Origin: a virus | Virus record (IMG/VR): IMGVR_UViG_3300048837_001089 | Span: 5,277-69,276 of that record | Reading direction: 5' to 3' (one strand) | DNA: 64,000 bases | Part shown: one piece after another, positions 1-8,905 of the stretch | Layout of the letters: every line of letters starts with the position of its first letter | How positions within the stretch are numbered: position 1 is the first letter of the stretch | Position numbers and translations under genes: made by a program | Notes under the pieces: generated by a model | Told to the model about the DNA's origin: nothing | The model's database searches: none | The model's input: the letters and a program-made list of their open reading frames with translations, nothing else

Positions 1-10
1 CGACCGCGAG

Positions 11-268
11 TTGGCTGTGGCGATAGTCGGGCCAGCACGGGCGTCGGAGTGGCTGAAGAATAGCTTCCCGTCATTGGCAAACAGACCTGGCTTTCCACCG
101 GTGGACCCGTTTCACAAGGGGCGGGCTGTGCCGCTGGTGAAGCTATTCTATGACCATTTTATAGGGATAACCAGCGCGCAGCAGTTGCTTGCTAGTGTCC
201 CGCGCGAACGTGAGAAAGCGAATCTGGAGATATGGACAAAATCACAGCGAAGGGCCTCAAATGGGTAA
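11..268 (+). CDS. Probable excisionase-like protein (true start may lie before the window edge)
   Basis: Small ORF overlapping the integrase start; GFPPVDPFHKGR resembles alphaproteobacterial Xis-like proteins. Confidence 0.5.
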   Translation: MAVAIVGPARASEWLKNSFPSLANRPGFPPVDPFHKGRAVPLVKLFYDHFIGITSAQQLLASVPREREKANLEIWTKSQRRASNG

Positions 269-1449
269 CCCGCAAGCATGGAGCAGTCCCCTACTGGCGG
301 GCCACCGAAGAGGCGGTAAACGCCGGCTATCGGCCAAAGAATGTTCCGCTGTCGGGGATGGAGGATAACCCATCTAGGCTTGTTGCCCATTGCAACTATT
401 TGCAATCACAAATGGAATTATGGATCGCCGAGGAGCGCGGCGAGCGTGCCGTGTTCGATGGAACGTTAAAGACCCTCATTGATCGATATACGCGCGATGC
501 TGACAGCCCGTACCGCGCGTTGAAAGCCGGCTCGCGGCGCCCATACGACCACTACTTGCCCAAGATAGCCGGTGGCATGGGGCACATTAAGATCGACGAC
601 ATTACCGGCGCAGACTTGAAGGAATGGCATAACGCATGGTCAGCCAATGGCAAGTACCTTGCCGCAGCGGCGATGCAGCGGGCGATACTTGACGCTGTGG
701 TGTCTTACGGAATCACGTGTCGTTTGCGCGGGTGCATTGAGCTATCGGAGGTTTTGAAGCGAGCCGGGCGGAAGCTCCCGCACCCAAGGCGGCGAGACAT
801 CGTCATTACCGCCGACCAAGTGATCGCGGCGCGCAGGGCTGCCCATGAAGACGGCCGAGCCGCGTGGGCTCTCGCCTATGCGATAGTGTATGAGACGACG
901 TTGCGGCTATGGGATGTAATCGGGCAGTGGGTGCCGACAGGCGATCCAGGCTTGAGCGACGTGCTGGACGTAAAGCGCGGCAAGAAATGGTTTGGCCTCC
1001 GCGTGGAGGATATCGACGCGGATATGGTGCTGCACTACACGCCGTCCAAGACCGAGGCCAAAACCGGCAAGTCGGTGAGCTACCCGCTCTCGAAAGCCCC
1101 TATGGTTATGGAGGAAATGGGCAGCGCACCTCTGAGCGGGCCGCTAATCGTCAACCCCAAGACCGGACTCCCGCCGACTGCGCAGCAGTTTCAGGAGGGA
1201 TGGCAACATGATCGTAAGAAAGCTGGCATATCAGAAAAGGCATGGGCGCGAGACCTTCGGGCAAGCGGCATCACAGAGGCGCGGGCCGGCGGCGTTGCCA
1301 TGGATGACGCCGGAAAGGTCGCGGGCCATGCCGGAACGAGGACCACTTCGGAGGTGTACGACCGGGCTGTTCTTGAGGCCGCAGACAGGTTTGCGGAGGC
1401 TCGCTTGAAGGGCCGGAACAAACCGGGGCACACGCCGGGGCACGCCTGA
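232..1449 (+). CDS. int: Tyrosine recombinase / phage integrase
   Basis: Catalytic-type motifs TTLR, ARDLRAS, AGH and EVYDR in the C-terminal half; 405 aa. Confidence 0.9.
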   Translation: MDKITAKGLKWVTRKHGAVPYWRATEEAVNAGYRPKNVPLSGMEDNPSRLVAHCNYLQSQMELWIAEERGERAVFDGTLKTLIDRYTRDADSPYRALKAGSRRPYDHYLPKIAGGMGHIKIDDITGADLKEWHNAWSANGKYLAAAAMQRAILDAVVSYGITCRLRGCIELSEVLKRAGRKLPHPRRRDIVITADQVIAARRAAHEDGRAAWALAYAIVYETTLRLWDVIGQWVPTGDPGLSDVLDVKRGKKWFGLRVEDIDADMVLHYTPSKTEAKTGKSVSYPLSKAPMVMEEMGSAPLSGPLIVNPKTGLPPTAQQFQEGWQHDRKKAGISEKAWARDLRASGITEARAGGVAMDDAGKVAGHAGTRTTSEVYDRAVLEAADRFAEARLKGRNKPGHTPGHA

Positions 1450-1540
1450 GCACGCAGCGTAGTAAAATCAATAACTTATTAATGATTTGGTTTAACGAAT
1501 CCTTAAAGCTAAGTAATTGATTTTATTGATGAATGTGCCG
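1423..1540. other. Probable attP region
   Basis: AT-rich intergenic stretch directly after int; GGGGCAC/GAGCAC direct repeats at 1425-1455; 16-bp inverted repeat 1463-1478/1510-1525 whose halves each match the IHF consensus WATCAANNNNTTR. Confidence 0.6.
1492..1506. promoter_or_regulatory. CtrA-box-like site TTAA-N7-TTAA
   Basis: ttaa-cgaatcc-ttaa, with a GANTC (CcrM) site in the spacer. Confidence 0.45.
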
Positions 1541-1609
1541 GAAATGCAAATCGGCAATGCGAAAATCGCGGCGCCTTTCGACGAAAAAATTACGGGGTGG
1601 GGGGGGGTA

Positions 1610-1861
1610 TCATTCCCCCACCCCGTGCCCATAGGCGTTGACGATCACGTTCGCCTTGCAGATGCACGGGATGCACAGCTTGGTGCACTTGCTGTCGCAG
1701 ATCATCCCGGCCACGGCATCCCGCGTCGGACGCGCATCAACAGTCATCAGCCTGAGCCCGACGATGTAGGCGGTTTCCGACGACAGCACCACCCGCTTGC
1801 GGGCGCGCGCCCTGGCAACCATCATCTCGGCAAGCTCGGTTATGGACGACCAGTCCGGCAT
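1610..1861 (-). CDS. Hypothetical protein with Cys-rich C-terminus
   Basis: MPDWSSITELA...CDSKCTKLCIPCIC; divergent from the LexA-box promoter. Confidence 0.5.
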   Translation of the reverse strand: MPDWSSITELAEMMVARARARKRVVLSSETAYIVGLRLMTVDARPTRDAVAGMICDSKCTKLCIPCICKANVIVNAYGHGVGE

Positions 1862-1864
1862 GAC

Positions 1865-1907
1865 TTGACAATACGAGAACAAAACACGAACATCAACGGG
1901 AAAGGAG
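1865..1907 (+). promoter_or_regulatory. SOS (LexA)-box promoter
   Basis: TTGACA at 1865-1870; GAAC-N7-GAAC at 1877-1891 (alphaproteobacterial LexA box); AAGGAG RBS at 1902-1907. Confidence 0.7.
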
Positions 1908-1914
1908 AGCGCCA

Positions 1915-2220
1915 ATGAACGTCATCCCATTCCCCACATCGCGGCCGACCAGCTGGCTGCCGCTCATCATGATTGCCTTCCCCGACAATACGACAGCCGA
2001 CGAGCGCGAGCGCACCGCAACCATTATGCGGGCCGCGATCCCTGGCTTGGAGTTTCTGGTCGCCCATGGCGGCAACCGCATGTTTGCCCTGCCGCTTGGC
2101 GGCGACATTGGTGAAGGCGGTCGCATCGTAGACCGGCCACAGCCGACCGACGCCCAGATGGACGACGTGCACGCGCTGCTTCGGGACATTTCGATTGGCG
2201 GGCTGTGGGGCGACCTGTAG
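1915..2220 (+). CDS. Hypothetical protein, probably SOS-inducible
   Basis: Strong RBS, own promoter and terminator; opposite strand to its neighbours. Confidence 0.75.
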   Translation: MNVIPFPTSRPTSWLPLIMIAFPDNTTADERERTATIMRAAIPGLEFLVAHGGNRMFALPLGGDIGEGGRIVDRPQPTDAQMDDVHALLRDISIGGLWGDL

Positions 2221-2225
2221 CCAAC

Positions 2226-2255
2226 AAAAAAGCCCCGCACGAGGCGGGGCTGAAT
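2226..2255. terminator. Intrinsic terminator between convergent genes
   Basis: A-tract followed by agccccgc/gcggggct hairpin. Confidence 0.75.
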
Positions 2256-2271
2256 TAGGTGTTGCAGGCGA

Positions 2272-2490
2272 CTAGCCGGCCACCAGCCCGTAGGCCGCAC
2301 ACCACCTGGCCCACGCGCCTTCAAGTGCCTTGCGGGCCGCAACCGCACTCCGACACCAGCCGTAGACCTTCGTGACATGCGCGCCGCGTACGGCCTCGAT
2401 ATGCCACATCCAGCGTCCGCGGTCCTCGGACACGGTGCCGACCGCCTGCCCGTTGCGGCACGCGGTGTTGTCTGCCCATGTGAGCATCAC
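2272..2490 (-). CDS. Hypothetical protein
   Basis: Start overlaps the stop of the upstream kinase gene. Confidence 0.6.
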   Translation of the reverse strand: MMLTWADNTACRNGQAVGTVSEDRGRWMWHIEAVRGAHVTKVYGWCRSAVAARKALEGAWARWCAAYGLVAG

Positions 2491-3158
2491 GTCCCACCCC
2501 CTATTTGCTGATAAAGGTTGCGTGCCTGCCGGCGAAGATCGTCGACGGTCGCAGCACTTATGATGGCGTCCTCGACGATGCGCGCCTGCTCCGCGTCCGA
2601 CTCCTGCCCGACCGGCCCCCTGTGTCCGGGGCGCTCAAGACGCCATATCGTGCCGCCCAGCCGCTTGAAGTAATCCGCCTCGTAGACGACGGACTCCACC
2701 ACGATGGGCGCGCGCGGGTTGCGTTCGCGGGCAAGGATGATTTCCAGCCCCAAGGTCCACGCGACGCCCATTTCCTCGCCCATGAACTTGCCGAAGCGCT
2801 CAAGGAAGTGCCGCGGTGCTACGCCGCCCGGAAGGTATTCGGACGGCTGGTCTTTCAGGTCGCCCCACACCATCCGGTCGCCGTCGCCGCCGACATAATC
2901 GAACCAGGCGGCGGCAGCGTGCTTGCCAGCGTCAAACGCATGAATGCGCTCGAAGCCATATTCTTCCTCCAGCATCGCGGCCACCGTCGACTTGCCCACG
3001 TTGCGCTTGCCGGTGAGGCCGATCATCGGCGGCCATGTGCGCGGCCTCCGGGTGTTGTCGTTGTCTGGCTGATGGCCCCATGGGCTGTAGAGTTGGTGAG
3101 GCGTAGGCTGGGGCTGCGCGCGGTTTAAGCCATAGCGGCTTGTTCCGGTGTAGGTCAT
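2487..3158 (-). CDS. Deoxynucleoside monophosphate kinase (T4 gp1-like)
   Basis: P-loop IGLTGKRNVGKST; PRHFLERFG; GGTIWRLERPG. Confidence 0.8.
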   Translation of the reverse strand: MTYTGTSRYGLNRAQPQPTPHQLYSPWGHQPDNDNTRRPRTWPPMIGLTGKRNVGKSTVAAMLEEEYGFERIHAFDAGKHAAAAWFDYVGGDGDRMVWGDLKDQPSEYLPGGVAPRHFLERFGKFMGEEMGVAWTLGLEIILARERNPRAPIVVESVVYEADYFKRLGGTIWRLERPGHRGPVGQESDAEQARIVEDAIISAATVDDLRRQARNLYQQIGGGT

Positions 3159-3394
3159 CCGGCCACCTGTTCGTTGAGGGCGGCTTGAGCGGCGGCCGAG
3201 ATCGCCGCTGCCATCGTGTCATAGCCCTCGCCTATCGCGTCCCACGCAGCGTCCACCATCGCGTCTGTCGGCTCACGCATTGCCTCGACAGCAGCGCGAG
3301 CCTTGCCGCAAAACAGATTCGGCGCGTCTTCGTATGGTCTTGCGTCCGCCTTTGCGATTGCCCGCGCCACCCGCTCAATCATGCTCTCGGTCAT
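3155..3394 (-). CDS. Conserved-type phage hypothetical protein
   Basis: ERVARAI...ARAAVEAMREPT; coupled overlaps on both sides. Confidence 0.7.
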   Translation of the reverse strand: MTESMIERVARAIAKADARPYEDAPNLFCGKARAAVEAMREPTDAMVDAAWDAIGEGYDTMAAAISAAAQAALNEQVAG

Positions 3395-3786
3395 GCGGCA
3401 ATCTCCAAAACCTCAACGCCCGCACGGCGGGACCGCTGCACCATGTCGGCCGTGCCGCGCCCGCCAGGAAAGGCAACGACAACATCGGGCTTTCCTTCGT
3501 CCAACATCTTCTGATTTCGAATAGGCCCAGCAGCGCGACCGTCCCGACGCCAGTCTGCGGGAAATTCAAGTACCGGGCACCAGTTGGTTTCCGCCCATCC
3601 ACAACCGAGAGTATCCGCGCCCCTCGCCATCCCGCTGATAACAGTCACGTTAGGCAGCCAGTTTGGCTCACCGCTGGAATCGCCTCCGTGATAAAAGCCG
3701 CGCTCTTGGCAAATGCGGTCCATCTCCCGGTAAAGCTTGTCGCGGTCGGCGTAATCCCGCCCGCCGCAGATCAGCACTCGCTTCAT
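3391..3786 (-). CDS. SLOG/YspA-like (DUF2493-type) protein
   Basis: RVLICGGRDY, SGMARGAD, AGPIRNQKM, FPGGRGTADM. Confidence 0.85.
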   Translation of the reverse strand: MKRVLICGGRDYADRDKLYREMDRICQERGFYHGGDSSGEPNWLPNVTVISGMARGADTLGCGWAETNWCPVLEFPADWRRDGRAAGPIRNQKMLDEGKPDVVVAFPGGRGTADMVQRSRRAGVEVLEIAA

Positions 3787-4052
3787 TCCGCCACCTCCAT
3801 CACTCGCTCATTCTTCGGCGCCACCACCGGCTTGAACCTCGATGCGCGGAACGGCAGGTCGTCGCAATAGCAGGCGGGGTCTGCGCCCCGCTGCAATTCA
3901 GCCAGCCGGACGCCGCGGTACGTGCCGTCTATCGGATGATTCCACTGGCCCACCCATGACACTGTGTAGACCTCGCCGGCTTTTATACCCTGCGGACCGA
4001 CGCCGTAAGGGAATGCGTCATCGACGCAGGCTACTTTGTCTCCGGGTTTCAT
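3783..4052 (-). CDS. Hypothetical protein
   Basis: MKPGDKVACVDD...FRASRF; coupled overlaps. Confidence 0.7.
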   Translation of the reverse strand: MKPGDKVACVDDAFPYGVGPQGIKAGEVYTVSWVGQWNHPIDGTYRGVRLAELQRGADPACYCDDLPFRASRFKPVVAPKNERVMEVAE

Positions 4053-4249
4053 TGTGGCACCAAGGGGCTGGTGAATGTGACACAGGAGGGCGAGCCGCCG
4101 ACCGGCTCGGCGAACTCTGGTGCGTCCCACGCACGCTCGTCATCCTCCGGGATGTCGACCCACTCCTCCCATTCATGTTGCCGGGCGACTGGGATAACGT
4201 ACCAGTGGCCGCATCCGTCCGTGGACATGAAGTATCTATCTTCCATCAC
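4049..4249 (-). CDS. Hypothetical protein
   Basis: Coupled overlaps within the operon. Confidence 0.65.
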   Translation of the reverse strand: MMEDRYFMSTDGCGHWYVIPVARQHEWEEWVDIPEDDERAWDAPEFAEPVGGSPSCVTFTSPLVPQ

Positions 4250-4455
4250 GCCGCCTCCTTCCTGTGCAGCGCGCGATGCGCCTGCACAAACTCATCCCAA
4301 AACTTCTGCGTGGTTGCGTCCGAAGAATACAGCGCGCTTCGGACAAGCTTGCCGTCGTGCTCGCCGACAGCATTAAAGGCGCGATGCGCCGCCTCCTCCA
4401 TCGGCATGGGGCTAACGCCCGCCGCGATGAGGGCGTTGCTGGTGTAGGGCATCAT
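4246..4455 (-). CDS. Hypothetical protein
   Basis: Coupled overlaps within the operon. Confidence 0.6.
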   Translation of the reverse strand: MMPYTSNALIAAGVSPMPMEEAAHRAFNAVGEHDGKLVRSALYSSDATTQKFWDEFVQAHRALHRKEAA

Positions 4456-4985
4456 GCCACCCTCCTACACGCATGGTTCAACGCTGCCGGCGTCACATAA
4501 GCGACGGGCTTGCCGGCACGCCGAAACTCCTCGATTTCGTACGTCAGCCCGACGCTTTCATCCCATCCGTCCATCTGCAAGACGATAAGCGCCGCCGCCG
4601 CGTCTATCATCGGCTGGCACTGGTCTTTCCAGAAGCTCCAGTCTTCTGGCAACTTGTGCGTCTTGGCGATATAATGCCCATGCACGATAGGGCAGTAGAT
4701 TCGCAAGCCGCGCGCCATAAGCTGCCCAGCGGCACGCCCGACGACATAGGCCGCTGCGTCATGGCCAAGCTCGTATTTACTGTATGGGCTGCCGAGATAG
4801 AGATAGCCCGGCAGGCGGCCCATATCGTCGATGGTGGGGGCGTTGTCGTTGGCAGGTCGCAGCGCGCCCTCGACATGCCAGCGGGCGGCGTCGTCTAGTT
4901 CTCCGAAGGTCGTCTCGGCCACGGTGTCGCGGAGCACATAGCGCTTCTCTATGCTGCACCAATCGAAGTGTTCAAAGCTCGACAT
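4452..4985 (-). CDS. DUF1937 / nucleoside deoxyribosyltransferase-fold protein
   Basis: YLGSPYS, YCPIVHGH, GWDESVGLTYEI motifs. Confidence 0.75.
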   Translation of the reverse strand: MSSFEHFDWCSIEKRYVLRDTVAETTFGELDDAARWHVEGALRPANDNAPTIDDMGRLPGYLYLGSPYSKYELGHDAAAYVVGRAAGQLMARGLRIYCPIVHGHYIAKTHKLPEDWSFWKDQCQPMIDAAAALIVLQMDGWDESVGLTYEIEEFRRAGKPVAYVTPAALNHACRRVA

Positions 4986-5604
4986 CTGCATACTCCAGTT
5001 CATTGAGGCAGCGGAACAGGGTTCGACCGGACTTGAACTGCAACGACACATGCCAGTGACCGAAGAACCATTCGCGTGGCTGGTGTAGATGGAGCATCCG
5101 CTCCAACGCCTGTCGTGTCCGACTACCGTCCTCGATCTTTCGCCGGTTGAGCGCGGCTAGCATTTCGTTGGCAATCGACTCCGGGCAGTCGTGCGTGATG
5201 ACGATTTCCGGCTTGATGGCCGCATAACCGTCAATCATGCGCTCAAGTTCGGCGTAGCTGCATTCCTCGTCCGGCCACCAGTCCCAGCCTTCGGTGCGCC
5301 ACGCCCTGTCGATGCTGATTGCCCCGCCTACGCAGTAGACGCCGTCGACAGTCGTGCCGTCCGGGATACAGTAGCGCTGCGTCTTGCACACAGACGGGTT
5401 GTCGTGATTGCCTCGGATGAACAGATGCCTGCCTTCCGACATGGCGTCGAACGGTGGGTTGGGCATCCAGGTGAAATCTCCGTGCTGTCGCCGAAAACCG
5501 ACGCCCATGTCGCCGGCCTGGATGCTGAACGGCACGCCGCGGATGATCTCGCGATACCTGCGGAATTTGCCGTGCACGTCGCCAATGATGCGAACTACGC
5601 TCAT
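4972..5604 (-). CDS. Calcineurin-like metallophosphoesterase
   Basis: GDVHG, GDMG, GNHD, THD, GHWH. Confidence 0.9.
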   Translation of the reverse strand: MSVVRIIGDVHGKFRRYREIIRGVPFSIQAGDMGVGFRRQHGDFTWMPNPPFDAMSEGRHLFIRGNHDNPSVCKTQRYCIPDGTTVDGVYCVGGAISIDRAWRTEGWDWWPDEECSYAELERMIDGYAAIKPEIVITHDCPESIANEMLAALNRRKIEDGSRTRQALERMLHLHQPREWFFGHWHVSLQFKSGRTLFRCLNELEYADVEL

Positions 5605-6857
5605 GCCGCCCTCACTTGCGGGGTGTTGTCGTTTGCCGCCACCGGTCCGCCGTCAAGAACGGCTACCCGAACGCGACCGTTCTCGCCGTACAGCCGGTGG
5701 TAGCTGATAGCCTGCACAGATCGGCCCGACAGGAACCCGGCGCCGTAGTGCCATGCGTCCTGCGGGATCGGCGCCTGGTGCGACTCGGCCACGACACCGC
5801 CTTCCTCCGCCACGAAACCGGACTTGTGGTGAACGTGAAACCCATGCGCATAGCGATAGCGCGTCCTACCCCACATCTCAGGGCGGCGGGTCGCCATGAT
5901 CTGCGGCATGTCCCGCAGCTTCGCCGCGTGGCCGTGCGTTGCGGCAAGCATGGTCTGCCCGTGTTCATGGTACCAGAAAAGCGATTGGTCGATGTCGACG
6001 TGAACACGCGGCTCGTTGCGATACCAAGCTTTCAGGAACCACGCGATTGACGGTGCGGTTTCGTCATCGTGATTGCCCTTGAGGTTGCGCACCAGCACGC
6101 GGCCATGCCGGTGCAACGCCGCGTCCACGGTGCGGACCATCATCTCGCCCGCCGTCTCGACAACCTTGGTATGGCGGCCATCGACGTCAAGCACATTGCC
6201 CGAGCGCTTCGTGCGATTGTCGTTGTTGTCGGCGTGGGTCAAGTCTCCCCCGCCCAGCACTATTGCCGTATGGCTGATAGGCGAGCGGGCTATCGTCTCG
6301 TCAATCGCCGCCCCGATGACGCGCGGGCCGATCTTCAAGTCCCAATTCGTCTCTGTCTCCCGCACCCACGCGAACATTCCAACATGCCAATCATTACACG
6401 GCACAAGGCAGTGCAAGTCGGCGTCGCCCAATGAAGAAAGCTTGATGGAGGGGGCGGCAGGCTCATAGTGCTGGAAGCGCTTGGCCAGAATGTCGGCAAT
6501 GTCGGCGGCCGATGGCGTCTCCCGCGTTTTCACCCACTTCTGGATGACCCGCCCTTCGGCATCGACAAGTGCGCTGTAGCCCTTGGCGGTGTGCCCGTCC
6601 GGCATCTCGAACACTTCGCCCGCCGCCTTGCCCTGCCGCACCCACGCCTCGCCCTGCTTGCTGGCGATGCTCTTTATCTCGTAGCCCGGCAAGACCGGCT
6701 TTGTCCCGAGCAGGCCGCGCTCTGCGGCGCGCGTAATGCGCTTGTGCGTCGCGCCGTAGGACAGGCCAAGCAAGGCGGCGGTTTTGCGAATGCTGCCCTG
6801 CTCGCGGTATGCGACGGCAGCGGAAGCAATCTGTTCGTCGGTCAATGGAATCGTCAA
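5601..6857 (-). CDS. Metallophosphoesterase-like protein with N-terminal HTH
   Basis: DWHVG, GGGDLTH, GNHD, HGH, FHVHH; N-terminal SIRKTAALLGLS HTH. Confidence 0.8.
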   Translation of the reverse strand: MTIPLTDEQIASAAVAYREQGSIRKTAALLGLSYGATHKRITRAAERGLLGTKPVLPGYEIKSIASKQGEAWVRQGKAAGEVFEMPDGHTAKGYSALVDAEGRVIQKWVKTRETPSAADIADILAKRFQHYEPAAPSIKLSSLGDADLHCLVPCNDWHVGMFAWVRETETNWDLKIGPRVIGAAIDETIARSPISHTAIVLGGGDLTHADNNDNRTKRSGNVLDVDGRHTKVVETAGEMMVRTVDAALHRHGRVLVRNLKGNHDDETAPSIAWFLKAWYRNEPRVHVDIDQSLFWYHEHGQTMLAATHGHAAKLRDMPQIMATRRPEMWGRTRYRYAHGFHVHHKSGFVAEEGGVVAESHQAPIPQDAWHYGAGFLSGRSVQAISYHRLYGENGRVRVAVLDGGPVAANDNTPQVRAA

Positions 6858-6904
6858 TGCGTATGTCCTTGTTTCAGACTGCGGCGTCGTTGCAGCCTGC
6901 GGTG

Positions 6905-7351
6905 TCAGCCGCCGATCGTGAAGGCAGGCTGATCCGGTTCTTTCGGCGCGTCACCGCTGACGGGCGGCTCGCCATCGTAACGGACGCCGCCGTTTTCCCC
7001 GACTGTGGCAAAGGCTTCGCCTTCTCCGTCGAGGGCGCCTTGCAGATCGCCGGCACGGGCGGGGCTGTACGGCAGGACGTAATAGATCGGCTCGCCGGAG
7101 CCGCTATCGAGCAGGACGTAGATGGCTCCGCTGTCTGTGGCCGTGGGTACGACGATCTTGGCGCCGACGACCGTATAGTTGCCGGGCGGCGGCGCGGTGA
7201 ACTGCGGCTGGCCGAGCGGGACGTACATCGCAAGCGCGGCAAGCACTGTCATCACAGGCAGCGTCAGGGCCGGGGTGCGCCGCGTCGACACCCATGCGAA
7301 GCCGCACAGGAGCAAGGCGAGCGCCAGCCAGACGGAAGCGATGAGGGTCAT
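6905..7351 (-). CDS. Two-TM membrane protein with periplasmic domain
   Basis: Two hydrophobic helices followed by a beta-rich AIYVLL...PIYYVLPY segment. Confidence 0.7.
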   Translation of the reverse strand: MTLIASVWLALALLLCGFAWVSTRRTPALTLPVMTVLAALAMYVPLGQPQFTAPPPGNYTVVGAKIVVPTATDSGAIYVLLDSGSGEPIYYVLPYSPARAGDLQGALDGEGEAFATVGENGGVRYDGEPPVSGDAPKEPDQPAFTIGG

Positions 7352-7584
7352 GTCAGCGCGCCGTAGACGTATGTTGCCCCGGCGATCCCGCCAACGAGGG
7401 CGCACCCCACGATTGAGGAAGCAACTCCCATGGTGGCGGCTACGAAGATGCCTGGGTGCCACCACCTGTCGCCATAGTCGTCCAACCAGAGCATGAACCA
7501 GTGCATGGCGGTTATGATAACAAACACCGCCGCCGCGAGCGTGGCACCAAACGTGGCCACCGCGGCTACCACAGCCAAGATCAT
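7348..7584 (-). CDS. Small membrane protein
   Basis: Two hydrophobic helices; ATGA overlap. Confidence 0.6.
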   Translation of the reverse strand: MILAVVAAVATFGATLAAAVFVIITAMHWFMLWLDDYGDRWWHPGIFVAATMGVASSIVGCALVGGIAGATYVYGALT

Positions 7585-7675
7585 TCCCCGCCTCCATTGA
7601 TTGCGCCGTAGGCAAGTACCCAGGCGGCCAGTAGCGTGACGCCAACGAAGGCGATGCTTGTTGTGATGAGCAGGG

Positions 7676-7891
7676 TCATTGGACGCGCTCCTTCAGCATG
7701 GCGTCGGCCATTCGATAAGATGCAGTGGCGACGAGCGATGCGGATTCTTCGGGGGTCGAAACCTGCGCGGCTGCTAGTCCGCCCACGATTGCGGCGGCAG
7801 TCTGCCCCGCAAACCAGTCGCGGAGGGGCAGGCCATCAATCGCTGCTGTGCTCCCTAGCCTCAAAGTCAAATTGCCATCTACCGTGCTCAT
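7676..7891 (-). CDS. Conserved-type phage hypothetical protein
   Basis: LRDWFAGQ...YRMADAML motif. Confidence 0.75.
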   Translation of the reverse strand: MSTVDGNLTLRLGSTAAIDGLPLRDWFAGQTAAAIVGGLAAAQVSTPEESASLVATASYRMADAMLKERVQ

Positions 7892-8466
7892 TTCCTCGAA
7901 CTCCTCAAAGCCTTGAATACGTTGTTCACCGAGCCGGGCACGACCTGTCCGCGCTCGTCCAATTTAAAGCGGATGACCGTCCGTTCTTGCTGGTAGCGAA
8001 GCTCCAACTCAGTCGACACCAGGAGCTTCATGCTGTCGGCCGACCGGCCGAGAGACACTTCGACGTAGACCTTCGTCGTGCCAAACGGCAGCGAATAGCC
8101 GTGGATGTTCACGACGTACTCGCCGGCCGGCGTCGCTCGCGCGAAGGCATTCTCCATATTCAGCGGCGACATATCACCGTCGACACCGGTGTCGTCACGC
8201 AACAGGCTGAACAGCTTGCCCGCCTTGTTGCTGTAGCCAACCGCGATCGGCTCGCCCGGCCCCGAAACCCACAGGTCCACGTCTGCCGGCCCATCAGGCC
8301 ACGCGATGGCAATAGCGATTGAACCGGGCGGCTTGACCGCGTTGGTGCTTGCGACGGGCGGATTGAGGCTTGGTAGGATCAACACAGCCAAAGCCATGAA
8401 CGTGAAGCTGCCAATGAGTAGTTGGTCGACGAATGCCCAAAGCCACGAATCAGATGGGCGCCGCAC
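7888..8466 (-). CDS. MotB/ExbD-like single-TM protein with periplasmic beta domain
   Basis: N-terminal WAFVDQLL TM helix containing Asp; DVDLWV...LLRDDTG...GEYVVNIH. Confidence 0.6.
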   Translation of the reverse strand: MRRPSDSWLWAFVDQLLIGSFTFMALAVLILPSLNPPVASTNAVKPPGSIAIAIAWPDGPADVDLWVSGPGEPIAVGYSNKAGKLFSLLRDDTGVDGDMSPLNMENAFARATPAGEYVVNIHGYSLPFGTTKVYVEVSLGRSADSMKLLVSTELELRYQQERTVIRFKLDERGQVVPGSVNNVFKALRSSRK

Positions 8467-8467
8467 G

Positions 8468-8905
8468 TCAGGCGCCCCGCAACTGAAGCGTCGTGTTGAC
8501 GATCCGAACGTTGACCATCATCCAAAGCGCTAGAATCAGCCCCACAAGCGTAGAACCGAAGGCGGTCCCTGCCCCGGCAAGAAGGTTTGCGCCCGCTTCG
8601 GCCGCGCGAGCCGGTTCGCTCAACGCCGACGGGTCAATGCCGGCGAACGCTTGCAACATCCCCCACGCATTGCCGATGATTCCGATGACGAACAGCGCCT
8701 TGACGAAATCGTCCAGATGCTCGGCTTTCAGCAGTGCGGCGGCCCCACGAGTAATAGACAAGAACGCCGACACGACGCCCGCGGCAAACACGCCGGACAG
8801 CAGCCACACTGCGCCGTGGTCGTAGAACCGGTCTAGCTGACCGAGCCACCACGCCCATGCGACGACACATGCGCCTGCGAAATTCGCTATGAAAAGGCGG
8901 ATCAC
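8468..8905 (-). CDS. MotA/TolQ/ExbB-like membrane protein
   Basis: LFVIGIIGNAWGM...GAGTAFGSTLVGL helical-hairpin pattern. Confidence 0.65.
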   Translation of the reverse strand: MIRLFIANFAGACVVAWAWWLGQLDRFYDHGAVWLLSGVFAAGVVSAFLSITRGAAALLKAEHLDDFVKALFVIGIIGNAWGMLQAFAGIDPSALSEPARAAEAGANLLAGAGTAFGSTLVGLILALWMMVNVRIVNTTLQLRGA

